Origin: a virus
Lineage: Duplodnaviria > Caudoviricetes
Virus record (IMG/VR): IMGVR_UViG_3300048032_000483
Coordinates: 1-33,971 of that record
Length of the DNA: 33,971 nucleotides
Direction: 5' to 3' (one strand)
Each line of letters starts with the position of its first letter. The stretch's first letter is position 1. Of this stretch, positions 24,453-33,929 are shown piece by piece. A model generated the notes under the pieces. The model had not been told where the DNA came from. It searched no databases and saw only the letters and a program-made list of their open reading frames with translations. The position numbers and the translations under genes are program-made.

Positions 24453-25666
24453 TATGTAATATTTCCTTCACCTGTTTTAAATCTTTCTTGTACCGCAGTT
24501 ACACCTTGCCAAGGATGATGTTCTGGAACACGACTAGCTGCACTCTCTAAGATATTTCTATTTGCTACTTGACTTTGCATTGTAATTTCAGTAGGTATAG
24601 TTGCTGTAGGACCATTCATGTCAATCCTACTTGCTGTCTCTTTGTGATGGTTACTTGTGATGTTTGATGTAAGTCCTTTTACTGACCATATATCTTTGGC
24701 TGTTTGGTGTATGCCGCCAACACTTGCTTCCATTTTTATACCTTCTGCACCTGTGCTTTTGATATTAACTCCTTGGTCTGCTTGCATGTTAATATTTTGT
24801 TTTGAGTGGAAGTTTATATCTTCTTCTGCATGTACACTTACATTTTTAGCACTATACATGTCAATATTTCCTTCACTGTCAATTTCAATATATGCACTGC
24901 CTGTGCTATTGGAAACAAAAATAAAATCATTAGTATCATCCATTAGTATCTGAGCTCCGCTCATAGTCTTGATTCTAATATTTTGACTTCCGCTACCATC
25001 AGCGGCGCCATCATCCATTGTTAATACATGTCCGCCTGCTGTAGTCATACCAAAAACTTTACTTGGAGATTCTCTCCTAGCTGTACTTTGACTGTGTCCA
25101 CGTACAAGATCTCCTGCAAGTCCTTGTTGCTTTAACTTTGCATCATTAAAGCTATTCATAGGTCTAGTAGTTGAGTCCTGTCCGTCATTTGGGTTTTTTT
25201 CTAGTGTTGGACCAAAACTTGATTCTCCAGTATCTGGATCATATGCTTCAGTACTTGCATGTCCGCCCATCATGCTATTTCTGTCTTTGCTCATAAACGA
25301 GCCTAAATAAAAGCCTTCCTCTCGGCTACTACTAAATCCTACTAATACTTCTGTACCAACTGCTGGAGGTTGTGGCCACATACCGTAACTACTAGCGGTA
25401 CCTGAATCAGTTTTATAATCATCTTCAACATTTGGTAAATTATTAATACCAGCCATTGGAGAAACTAATGATATCATACGTGTTGCTTTTGATGTTGGGT
25501 TTCCAAATTCTGGTATACGAACTTCAATTCTACCCATCATCGTACTATCATTATTTTTTACAACAACTGCTGGATACACTCCAGCAATGGTATTCACACC
25601 ATCTCTACCGCCCTGCTGTACTCTGCCTGGCATGTTGTTTATGTTAGTGTTTCTATAACCGCTCAT
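24452..25666 (-). CDS. Baseplate central spike, gp5/VgrG-like (OB fold plus beta-helix, no internal lysozyme)
   Basis: AVVVKNND..MGRIEVRIP..PPAVGTEVLVGF OB-fold motif, GHVLTMDDG, and beta-helix-like repeats. Confidence 0.85.
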   Translation of the reverse strand: MSGYRNTNINNMPGRVQQGGRDGVNTIAGVYPAVVVKNNDSTMMGRIEVRIPEFGNPTSKATRMISLVSPMAGINNLPNVEDDYKTDSGTASSYGMWPQPPAVGTEVLVGFSSSREEGFYLGSFMSKDRNSMMGGHASTEAYDPDTGESSFGPTLEKNPNDGQDSTTRPMNSFNDAKLKQQGLAGDLVRGHSQSTARRESPSKVFGMTTAGGHVLTMDDGAADGSGSQNIRIKTMSGAQILMDDTNDFIFVSNSTGSAYIEIDSEGNIDMYSAKNVSVHAEEDINFHSKQNINMQADQGVNIKSTGAEGIKMEASVGGIHQTAKDIWSVKGLTSNITSNHHKETASRIDMNGPTATIPTEITMQSQVANRNILESAASRVPEHHPWQGVTAVQERFKTGEGNIT

Positions 25667-28473
25667 CCAATATTCTCCAGTTTGTTTTTAACAATACTTG
25701 GTGTTGTTCTTGTATCTTTATATCCTTTTAGGATTTGTGTAAATTGTCCTTGACTAAATTTACTTTCAATATCTGTAATTCTATATACTCCGCTACTAAC
25801 AAGATCCATATCTGCTTTGCCTGAATATCCAGCTTCATACATTTCTTCTTTACCTAGGTAATTAATGAAAACAATCATTGTATCTGCATCTGCATATTCA
25901 ATTAGCAAGTCTTGATCTCCTGCTATAACTGCACCCGGCGCACCCATCCAAAATGGATCGCCAACTATTTCAAAACTAGCAGTCATAAAATCCATGTCTC
26001 TGCCAACAAGTGCCGCATCACGAACCGCATCCACTGTATCAACATTTCCATTTTTAATGTCTGACACTTGTTGTGCTGCACTACCTAAAGCAGCAAAGCC
26101 ATAACTTGGTATTTGTATCGCCATGTCATCTTGATCAACTTTAATGTCGCTTAAAAATCTACCAACTCTAACTTGTCCGATAGGTCCACTATTAACAATA
26201 TCTCTTGGTGCTGATGTATTATTACTTACTACTCCTGCACCAGGGTGAACAACTCCAGATGGTTCTGCATATGTATTAGCTAGTCCTGGATCTCTAACAT
26301 TAAAGAAATATGTATCAAATGTCAAGTCAAAATTAACTAGCTGTGTGTTCTCTCCGCTGTACAGGTATCTATACACTTTGCTAATTGGCAAGTCATCAAA
26401 TCTTCCATTTTGGAATGTTGGATTTGTGGCTTGTTGTCTGGCAATTTCCGGATCATTATTAATATTAGTATAAGTCCATTTAATCTCAACAATTAATTGT
26501 TCTGTTGCTTGTCTATTATTTGTTGCTGGGTCTACACCATCACCAACTACTGTGTTTGTGTCAACATGTATATATGGAACTCTGTATCCTTGTTCACGAT
26601 GCTCTGCTGCAAAACGTGCAAACTCAGGAACGTTAGCTGTTATTAATCTTTCCAAAAATACTTTCATATTTGTATTATTACCAACAGTACCATCTCTTAG
26701 ATTTGGATCTTCATTACTTGCACTGAGCATTGCAGCCATAGCTTGATCTTCAGTACTACTGAATGCGGCTTTGGGTAAATTAAACTCTTGTCCTGTTGCA
26801 CTTGGCGCAAATATAATTTCCCATTGCTTAATAGGTTGAGCAGTGGCATTTGGTGGGATATCTGCAGGATCTCTACCACCATTCCTAATATCGTTTTCAT
26901 GTTCATTTAATGCTGTCTGTAATGAGGATGCTAAACTCTCTACATTACCAACATCTGTATACTTAATATCAGTTACAACTGTAACATTAGCTTCTGCACT
27001 TTGTTTTGTATTGAAAGCCACAATATTATATCTACTACCGCTAGCATCAACATTGCCTTTCATTTCTCGTATTGTACAAGGATAGAAAAAACTCTTTCCT
27101 GGCCATTTTACTTCTACACCAGTGTCAGGATCTCTTCCTAAAAATTCCAATTTAAGAACAAATAATGCACTTTGCAATCCCATTTGTCCATAAAAATTTG
27201 GTTGTAGTTTTACTAACCGATCCATAAATGTAAATCCATATGGCTCATACAAGTCAAATTGGAATGTTCCAACTGCACCTGTACCACCAACAAGTTTACT
27301 CAGCATTAACATATTTTCAATAGCAAAGGCAGTCTCAACACCGCTTTCAGCTATTACAACTGCATCACCTTGTCTAGTTACACTGTCGTCATTTTCTAAT
27401 ACTGTTGGTTGATTCCAAATATTTGACTTAACAAGATAAAATGTCCATTTGTATGTTGTTAGATCATTTTGAGTCATCCAATTTTCAACTACTACATCTG
27501 AATATGAACGCTCAACAGGATCAGGTCCTTCCACGATTGCGTCTTCGGCACCTGCATTAAATTGATCGGTAAATTCGTCTGCTAAATCAGGATCCTCTGC
27601 TCCAATGGTTTCTTCAACCTCATCGTCTGCATCTCCTGCACCAGCATTTTGTTCATCCCATGCCGCTTGCTCTGCGGCAAGTCTGTCTTGTATTTGTTTC
27701 TTTTCTGCTTCTAATATTGCTACTGATGATGCTGCACCTTGAAAGTTATAAGGATCGCCTTCTTCGTCTCCAGTTGGTCTACCAAAGTCTAAATCATCTA
27801 CTCCTGCAACTTTAGCAGTGCCATCTGGATTATGTGTTGCTCCGAACTCTTCATCAAAAGCTGCTTGGTCTGCTGCTAATTCTCTTTGTGCATTTTGATA
27901 AATCAAATTGTTTTCTATTGCTTCATCAATTTGTGCTATTCTTTCTCTGTCACCATCTGACATTTCTGGTCTAGGAGAAGTTGGTACTCGTTGTGCGTTT
28001 GCTTGTGCAATCGCTTCTGCTGACGTAACTGTTCCGTTTTGCATCCCAATACCAACAGCGTGGCTATCTTCAAAATAACTTTGCGCTCTAGCCCCACCTT
28101 CTTTTTGAGTCATATAGTCCATCATTTTAGCTTGTAATTCTGGATTTCTAGATAAGTCAACTGGTTGATTAACACCAACGCCCATCGCATCTGCTACTTC
28201 TTGTGCATAACGCCCTGTGTCATTTTCGTTAGGAGGTGCCCAGCGATGAATAATTTTATTAACTGTGTTTGCATCAGTACCATCGCCTTGGTAATTTTGT
28301 AATAACCTAGCCATAGCTCTTGAGCCGTTTTCTGGTGTATCAAAGACAGCAAAGCCGCCAGAGTCTACGCCAGTTTGTCCTTGCCATGTAAAGTTAGGAT
28401 TATTTCTGATGTTTCCTGGATTATTATTTCTTACGCTCCTTGGAGCCTGTCGTCGTCTGTCGCCTTGTGCCAT
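25663..28473 (-). CDS. Baseplate hub-like protein with N-terminal lysozyme-like (RNNNPGN) domain
   Basis: N-terminal RNNNPGNIR..GFAVF..RWAPPNENDT..EGG, then an acidic linker. C-terminal IVGDPFW..SGVYRITDIESKFSQGQFTQ resembles hub (gp27/gpD-like) ends. Lies between gp53 and gp5. Confidence 0.7.
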   Translation of the reverse strand: MAQGDRRRQAPRSVRNNNPGNIRNNPNFTWQGQTGVDSGGFAVFDTPENGSRAMARLLQNYQGDGTDANTVNKIIHRWAPPNENDTGRYAQEVADAMGVGVNQPVDLSRNPELQAKMMDYMTQKEGGARAQSYFEDSHAVGIGMQNGTVTSAEAIAQANAQRVPTSPRPEMSDGDRERIAQIDEAIENNLIYQNAQRELAADQAAFDEEFGATHNPDGTAKVAGVDDLDFGRPTGDEEGDPYNFQGAASSVAILEAEKKQIQDRLAAEQAAWDEQNAGAGDADDEVEETIGAEDPDLADEFTDQFNAGAEDAIVEGPDPVERSYSDVVVENWMTQNDLTTYKWTFYLVKSNIWNQPTVLENDDSVTRQGDAVVIAESGVETAFAIENMLMLSKLVGGTGAVGTFQFDLYEPYGFTFMDRLVKLQPNFYGQMGLQSALFVLKLEFLGRDPDTGVEVKWPGKSFFYPCTIREMKGNVDASGSRYNIVAFNTKQSAEANVTVVTDIKYTDVGNVESLASSLQTALNEHENDIRNGGRDPADIPPNATAQPIKQWEIIFAPSATGQEFNLPKAAFSSTEDQAMAAMLSASNEDPNLRDGTVGNNTNMKVFLERLITANVPEFARFAAEHREQGYRVPYIHVDTNTVVGDGVDPATNNRQATEQLIVEIKWTYTNINNDPEIARQQATNPTFQNGRFDDLPISKVYRYLYSGENTQLVNFDLTFDTYFFNVRDPGLANTYAEPSGVVHPGAGVVSNNTSAPRDIVNSGPIGQVRVGRFLSDIKVDQDDMAIQIPSYGFAALGSAAQQVSDIKNGNVDTVDAVRDAALVGRDMDFMTASFEIVGDPFWMGAPGAVIAGDQDLLIEYADADTMIVFINYLGKEEMYEAGYSGKADMDLVSSGVYRITDIESKFSQGQFTQILKGYKDTRTTPSIVKNKLENIG

Positions 28474-28474
28474 T

Positions 28475-28756
28475 TTATGAGAACCTTGTTGGTACTATGA
28501 TAGTTTTTCCGGCAGTAAAATCTACAATAGGATCGTTCAGAGAATCTGGATTGAACTCTGCAAATACCCACCATAGTTTGGCGTTTCCATAAAGTTCATG
28601 TGCTAATATATCTGGGCGCCTATCTTGTTTAGCTGTAATTTTTAATGAGCGAGTTGGAAAAGATGCAACATTATCAATAATTGGATCCATGATATCCAAA
28701 TATTTACTGTTAACAACCTTTGTATTCCTATACATGCTATCTGATCTAAATTTCAT
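28475..28756 (-). CDS. Baseplate wedge protein, gp53/LysM-like
   Basis: RPDILAHELYGNAKLWWVFAEFN..DP..F.AG.TI.VP is the gp53/tail-X pattern. Confidence 0.85.
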   Translation of the reverse strand: MKFRSDSMYRNTKVVNSKYLDIMDPIIDNVASFPTRSLKITAKQDRRPDILAHELYGNAKLWWVFAEFNPDSLNDPIVDFTAGKTIIVPTRFS

Positions 28757-29361
28757 TACATAAATCCTCCAGCTCTGCCACTTCTATAATCTTGTATGTT
28801 GAAGTTTTTTCTAACTTTTGTCGGTGCGTATTGTGGAATTAAACTAATTGCAACCATCATTTGTGTTGGTATAGTTTGTGGTCCTGCGGCAGTCTCAACA
28901 GTAACATAATCAAAATCATCTGGCAATGTATAGTTAAATGAACGCAAAACAACAGGAACGTTTTGCGCTGTTGCACTACCATATGTGCTAAAGAGAAGTA
29001 CTGGAGGCGGTGTGCCTGCTGTAGTGGCTCTGGATGCTTCTCCAAAATCACCTTTTGTTACCGCTTTAAAAAAATGTAAGCATGCTACTGTGTGTTCTGC
29101 TTCTGTTATATCCTGAGCAGTAAATGTACATGTCATATCTATCTGTGGGTTAGGAGTATTTACATAAAAATTTGGCTGGTAAATTCCGTGTGTGATATCA
29201 TATTGTCCAAAGTTTGCCGAGTGTCCAATGTTAATCACAGGTGTATAAGGGAACACAACTCCTCGATCTAAATTGAGAGGAGATAATATTCCATCATAGT
29301 TGAAACTTGAACCTTTTGTTCTTAACGTGGTTCTTTGGCTTGTGTTAATACCACCGCTCAT
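28756..29361 (-). CDS. Baseplate/tail-tube initiator-like protein (gp48/gp54-like)
   Basis: FPYTP, GTPPPVLLFSTYG..NVPVVLRSFNYTLP. Position immediately upstream of gp53. Confidence 0.65.
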   Translation of the reverse strand: MSGGINTSQRTTLRTKGSSFNYDGILSPLNLDRGVVFPYTPVINIGHSANFGQYDITHGIYQPNFYVNTPNPQIDMTCTFTAQDITEAEHTVACLHFFKAVTKGDFGEASRATTAGTPPPVLLFSTYGSATAQNVPVVLRSFNYTLPDDFDYVTVETAAGPQTIPTQMMVAISLIPQYAPTKVRKNFNIQDYRSGRAGGFM

Positions 29362-29985
29362 TTATTCCTGTCCCCCATTGCCTAGTGCTTGATCCAATAG
29401 CTGTACTGCTTTTGGTGCACCATTGCCGTACATTAATTGTGCAGCTTTTAATTTTTCTTCTTCACCCATGTTAGGCCATGCGGCTCTTAGTTCACTTGCG
29501 CTTTTTATACTCATGCCACCAAAGTTAAAGTTGATAGTTGGACCGTATGCCATATAACCCATCTCGTCTGATGTTCGTGTATTTTTTCCTGTGTAAGTGC
29601 GTAAGTAGCCTGGCTCACCATTCTTTTTAGTTTGGTCTGGCATAGGCGCTTCGCCCTTGTCTTTCACACTGCGTACAAATACTAGTGCAGTATTACTATC
29701 TAAAATATCTGCATAAGAACGCATGTTGAATGGTGATTTGACTTGTATAAATCTTTCAGCTGGAACGCCTGCCATTGATGCTAATTGCTTTTTAATATCA
29801 AAAGGGAATGGTCTCGTACTAACGTCTGATGTTGCCGCAACATATACGTTGCTTTGCCCAAACGTTTTAGACGCCCAATCATATAGACTCTTATGCCCAG
29901 GATGAAACGGATGAAATCCACCTGGCATAATTGCTATAACTCGATTTGCTTTTGCTTCTGTTAATATTACTTCATCAATACGCAT
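29362..29985 (-). CDS. Cytidylyltransferase-like (HxGH) nucleotidyltransferase
   Basis: IAIMPGGFHPFHPGH (HxGH motif after a beta strand), PFPF..K, and a C-terminal SASELR (SxS/T-x-x-R) motif. AGGAG RBS. Confidence 0.8.
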   Translation of the reverse strand: MRIDEVILTEAKANRVIAIMPGGFHPFHPGHKSLYDWASKTFGQSNVYVAATSDVSTRPFPFDIKKQLASMAGVPAERFIQVKSPFNMRSYADILDSNTALVFVRSVKDKGEAPMPDQTKKNGEPGYLRTYTGKNTRTSDEMGYMAYGPTINFNFGGMSIKSASELRAAWPNMGEEEKLKAAQLMYGNGAPKAVQLLDQALGNGGQE

Positions 29986-30002
29986 GACTTTTCTCCTATA
30001 GG

Positions 30003-30010
30003 TATTTAGC
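30003..30010 (-). promoter_or_regulatory. Late promoter variant GCTAAATA heading the baseplate operon
   Basis: TAAATA core in the divergent intergenic region, just upstream of AGGAG and ATG 29985. Confidence 0.65.
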
Positions 30011-30025
30011 CTGGAAAAATACCGG

Positions 30026-30054
30026 TTGACACGTTAACAAAATAGTGTTAGATT
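30026..30054 (+). promoter_or_regulatory. Sigma70-type promoter for the gp55-47-46 operon
   Basis: TTGACA (30026-30031), 17-nt spacer, extended -10 TGnTAGATT (-10 at 30049-30054), GAGGA RBS at 30066-30070. Confidence 0.8.
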
Positions 30055-30077
30055 AAGTTTAATCAGAGGACTAATCT

Positions 30078-30941
30078 ATGGCAAGAAATCACTATCTATC
30101 TAATAAAGAGTTATTAAAAGAGATACACAACAGCAAAATGAGCTATTGTTATGTAATGGACGACAAATATCACTACTTCGACCTAATTTTGGAAGAGGAT
30201 CAGGAGATAACTGACGAGCATATTGCAGAGGCAAAGCAAAATCGTGCATCTAGAATGCAAAAATTAGCACATGAAGAACAGGTTAAAAAATGGGAACGTG
30301 GAGAACTTGAGCGTAAAACCAAACCTAGAGGTGCTGATTTTGTTGTTGATCCCGCAACAATACTTGATGAAGAAATTGTAATTAGGATTATGACATTTGA
30401 TCATGTTCCAGAAGAGCAAAGAAAAACTAATCCAAAGACAGAAGCAGACAGACATGCTAAGTGCAACTTTCCTCCCTTTAAGCATATTGCTAAAGTAAAG
30501 GACGAATGGAAAGAAGTAGCACGTAGTCATTGGGAAGGTGGACTTGGTAACGGACATTTTAGTGTATCACATGGTACTACAAATGATCGTTTGGCAAGAA
30601 TGTATATGATGTTATGCCATAGGTATAGCATGAAAAGTAACTGGCGAGGTTACACATATGTAGATGAAATGCGTGGACAAGCATTGTTACAATTAACACA
30701 AATTGGTTTACAATTTAACGAAGTTAAGTCGCAAAATCCATTTGCATATTATACTGCCGCTATAAACAACAGCTTTACTAGAGTTCTCAATCTAGAAAAA
30801 AGAGGACAGAACATTAGAGATGATTTGTTGGAAGAAGGCGGATTAAACCCTAGCTTTACCCGTACATTTAATGCTGAATGGGAAGAGCGTTTAAAATCTG
30901 AAAAACCCCCTGAAACTGAAGAAGATACCAAGGACACATAG
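30078..30941 (+). CDS. Late-transcription sigma factor, T4 gp55-like
   Basis: HYLSNKELL at the N-terminus. NWRGYTYVDEM..FNEVKSQNPFAYYT..NSF motifs. The 55-47-46 gene order is conserved in T4-like phages. Confidence 0.85.
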   Translation: MARNHYLSNKELLKEIHNSKMSYCYVMDDKYHYFDLILEEDQEITDEHIAEAKQNRASRMQKLAHEEQVKKWERGELERKTKPRGADFVVDPATILDEEIVIRIMTFDHVPEEQRKTNPKTEADRHAKCNFPPFKHIAKVKDEWKEVARSHWEGGLGNGHFSVSHGTTNDRLARMYMMLCHRYSMKSNWRGYTYVDEMRGQALLQLTQIGLQFNEVKSQNPFAYYTAAINNSFTRVLNLEKRGQNIRDDLLEEGGLNPSFTRTFNAEWEERLKSEKPPETEEDTKDT

Positions 30942-30948
30942 TTAAAAC

Positions 30949-31971
30949 ATGTTATTTGATGAAGCAGTAATCTTTACCGATATTCATTTCGGTATGAAAA
31001 ATAACTCACGAATTCACAACATTGATTGTGAAGAATTTATCATTTGGATGATAGAAGAAGCAAAGAAAAGAAACATTAAAAAATGTCTCTTTTTAGGTGA
31101 TTGGCATCATAACCGTGCCAGCATCAATGTTAGTACACTAAATTATACAACCAGTAATTTACAACGATTAAATGACTCATTTGATGAAGTTATTATGATT
31201 ACAGGAAACCATGATTTGTATTATCGAGAAAAGCGAGAAATACACAGTGTTCCAATGGTTGACAAATATCCTAACATTAGAATGATTAATGATGGAATGT
31301 TAGTTGAAGATGATTGTGCATTTGTTCCATGGCTTGTAGAAGATGAACATAAAAAATTAAAAGAACTCAATGTCAAATATATATTTGGACATTTTGAGCT
31401 ACCACACTTCTTTATGAATGCGATGGTACAAATGCCAGATCATGGACATGGATTAAAGCCAGACGATTTGCGTAAAGCTGAAAAAGTTTTTAGTGGACAC
31501 TTTCATAAAAGACAAACTCGCGGAAATATCATTTATCCAGGAAATTGTTTTCCACACAACTATGCTGATGCATGGGATGACGATCGTGGTATTACATTTT
31601 TGAAATGGGGACAAGAGCCTGAGTTTGTAAATTGGCCAGATGCTCCAAAGTATAGAACACTAAATTTATCTAAATTGATTGACAATCCTGAAGAAGTATT
31701 GTCGAATAAAACACACTGTAGGATTACCCTTGATGTAGGTATTACTTACGAAGAGGCAAATTTTATCAAGGAAACTTTCTTAAAGCAATATGATTTGAGA
31801 GAGATAAGTTTGTTGCCTAGTAAAAAAGAAGAACACGCACAAGACTGGAGTAAGGGTGCAGAGATAGAAGTAGAAAATGTAGATCAAATTGTACTTAATC
31901 AACTTACTACTATTGACAGCGAGGTTGTCAAAAATGAAGTTCTTATCTCCATCTATAATGGTTTAAATTAA
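30949..31971 (+). CDS. Recombination endonuclease subunit, gp47 (Mre11/SbcD-like)
   Basis: Metallophosphoesterase motifs DIHFG, LGDW, GNHD, GHFE and SGHFH. Confidence 0.93.
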   Translation: MLFDEAVIFTDIHFGMKNNSRIHNIDCEEFIIWMIEEAKKRNIKKCLFLGDWHHNRASINVSTLNYTTSNLQRLNDSFDEVIMITGNHDLYYREKREIHSVPMVDKYPNIRMINDGMLVEDDCAFVPWLVEDEHKKLKELNVKYIFGHFELPHFFMNAMVQMPDHGHGLKPDDLRKAEKVFSGHFHKRQTRGNIIYPGNCFPHNYADAWDDDRGITFLKWGQEPEFVNWPDAPKYRTLNLSKLIDNPEEVLSNKTHCRITLDVGITYEEANFIKETFLKQYDLREISLLPSKKEEHAQDWSKGAEIEVENVDQIVLNQLTTIDSEVVKNEVLISIYNGLN

Positions 31972-31972
31972 T

Positions 31973-33748
31973 ATGCTGAAAATAAAAAATATATCTGTTA
32001 AAAACTTTATGAGTGTTGGCAATGTAACACAGGCTGTACACTTTGATAATCATGGGCTCACACTTGTGTTGGGTAACAATATTGATTTGGGTGGCGATGG
32101 TTCACGTAATGGTACAGGTAAAACTACTATTGTTAATGCACTGAGCTTTGCATTGTTTGGTAATGCATTATATAACATTAAAAAAGATAATCTAATCAAT
32201 AAAACTAACAATAAACAGATGTTAGTTACTGTTGAGTTTGAAAAAGATGGTATGGAGTATCGTATTGAGCGAGGACGCAAACCAAATGTTTTCAAATACA
32301 TGGTTAATAATATTGACAGTTCTGATGATATTACTGACGAAATGCAGGGAGAAGGTAAACTTAGCCAACATGCTATCGAAAAAGTATTAGGGATGAGCCA
32401 CACAATGTTTAAGCATGTTGTGGCACTGAACACTTATACTGAACCTTTCTTGAGCATGCGAGCAAATGATCAGCGTGAAATGATTGAACAATTACTAGGT
32501 ATTACACAACTTAGTGAAAAAGCTGATATTTTAAAAGAGCTTGTAAAGTATAGTAAAGATAGTATTCAAGAAGAAACATATCGTATTAAAGGTATTGAAG
32601 AAGCAAATCAACGTATTGAAAAAAGTATTTCTGACTTGGAGCGGCGTGAGCGTACTTGGCAGGAAAAACTACAATCAGATATTGAATATTTAGAACGTGA
32701 AAATGTAAACTTAAATTCAGTTGACATTGAAAAAGAACTTAAAGCACATGCTGAGTTTGAAGAATTTAACAATAAGCGTACACAAATAGATGTGTTAAAC
32801 AGCGAGATTGCTAAACTTACTACTGGCATCGAGCGTGAACAAAAGCGTTTAGATAAAGCACAAAAAGACTTAGATACTACGCTGCAACACAAATGTTATG
32901 CATGTGGACAAGAGCTACATGATGATCAACACGAAAAGATTGTAGCACAAAAGACAGAATTAGTAGAAGAGTCAGTAAGACACATTACTTCTGACACTGA
33001 TCAGATAAATGAATATAGAGAAGCATTAAACGAATTAGGGGGACTTGGGGCGGCTCCTTCTTTGCATTATAATACAATCAAAGAAGCATATGAGCATCAA
33101 AGTAAAATAGATTCAAACAACACTACTTTAGAGTCTAAAAAAGTAGAAGAGAATCCATATGTTGATCAAATTAAAACACTCAAAGAAACTGGACTACAAG
33201 AAGTACAGTGGGAAGAAGTTAACAGACTTACAGAGTTAAAAGATCATCAGGAATTTTTGCTAAAACTATTAACAAACAAAGATAGTTTTATTCGCAAAAA
33301 GATTATTGAACAGAACCTACAATTCCTTAACAATCGTTTAGAGTATTACATTACTAAACTTGGGTTGCCACACGAAGTGCAATTCCAAAGTGACTTAACA
33401 GTTAGTATTGTCCAACTTGGACAAGACTTAGACTTTGATAACTTATCACGTGGTGAGCGCAACAGACTTATACTAGGACTTAGTTGGGCATTTCGTGATG
33501 TATTTGAAAGTATGAATCATCCTATTAACTTGGTTTGTATTGACGAACTTGTTGATAGCGGCATGGATACTATCGGAGTTGAAAGTGCGTTAGGTGTACT
33601 TAAAAAAATGGAGAGAGAGCGTGATAAAAATATCCTGCTTATCTCGCATCGCGACGAACTTGTTGGACGGGTAAACAGTGTATTACAGGTTGTAAAGGAA
33701 AACGGATTTACAACTTATAATACTGAGGTGGAGATAGTTGACGCTTAA
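31973..33748 (+). CDS. Recombination ATPase subunit, gp46 (Rad50/SbcC-like)
   Basis: Walker A NGTGKTT, coiled coils around a CYACG zinc hook, signature LSRGE, Walker B VCIDE, H-loop ISH. Confidence 0.95.
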   Translation: MLKIKNISVKNFMSVGNVTQAVHFDNHGLTLVLGNNIDLGGDGSRNGTGKTTIVNALSFALFGNALYNIKKDNLINKTNNKQMLVTVEFEKDGMEYRIERGRKPNVFKYMVNNIDSSDDITDEMQGEGKLSQHAIEKVLGMSHTMFKHVVALNTYTEPFLSMRANDQREMIEQLLGITQLSEKADILKELVKYSKDSIQEETYRIKGIEEANQRIEKSISDLERRERTWQEKLQSDIEYLERENVNLNSVDIEKELKAHAEFEEFNNKRTQIDVLNSEIAKLTTGIEREQKRLDKAQKDLDTTLQHKCYACGQELHDDQHEKIVAQKTELVEESVRHITSDTDQINEYREALNELGGLGAAPSLHYNTIKEAYEHQSKIDSNNTTLESKKVEENPYVDQIKTLKETGLQEVQWEEVNRLTELKDHQEFLLKLLTNKDSFIRKKIIEQNLQFLNNRLEYYITKLGLPHEVQFQSDLTVSIVQLGQDLDFDNLSRGERNRLILGLSWAFRDVFESMNHPINLVCIDELVDSGMDTIGVESALGVLKKMERERDKNILLISHRDELVGRVNSVLQVVKENGFTTYNTEVEIVDA

Positions 33749-33929
33749 TAATAAGCAAGATTATATTTACGAAAGAGTTGGCGAAAAAATATACAAGCGC
33801 CGGCAAGGAGACCCACCAGGTATGAGACAGCTTGTACCAACACCAGTTGACACCACAGGTAAAAAATTAAGTGTTGACATTGCGATAAAAATCAATAAAC
33901 TATTAGATGACGACTCCATGGACTTATGA
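33738..33929 (+). CDS. Small hypothetical protein
   Basis: 63 aa with a TTG start and GGAG upstream. Overlaps the gp46 stop and the next start, in the same orientation as the operon. Confidence 0.5.
   Translation: MTLNNKQDYIYERVGEKIYKRRQGDPPGMRQLVPTPVDTTGKKLSVDIAIKINKLLDDDSMDL
33874..33901 (+). promoter_or_regulatory. Possible sigma70 promoter for the next gene
   Basis: TTGACA (33874-33879), 16-nt spacer, TAAACT (33896-33901), 5 nt before ATG 33907. Confidence 0.45.

Noticed and set aside
103-29905. Numerous 60-134 aa ORFs on the + strand or in alternative - frames (e.g. 103..447, 7720..8046, 8965..9369, 19684..20034)
   Set aside because: They lie wholly inside long motif-bearing genes and lack RBS or recognisable motifs. 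They are typical antisense or shadow ORFs.
30264-32892. Minus-strand ORFs within gp55 and gp46
   Set aside because: They are antisense shadows of well-supported genes.
33847-33852. Second TTGACA near the window end
   Set aside because: There is no acceptable -10 hexamer at 16-18 nt spacing.
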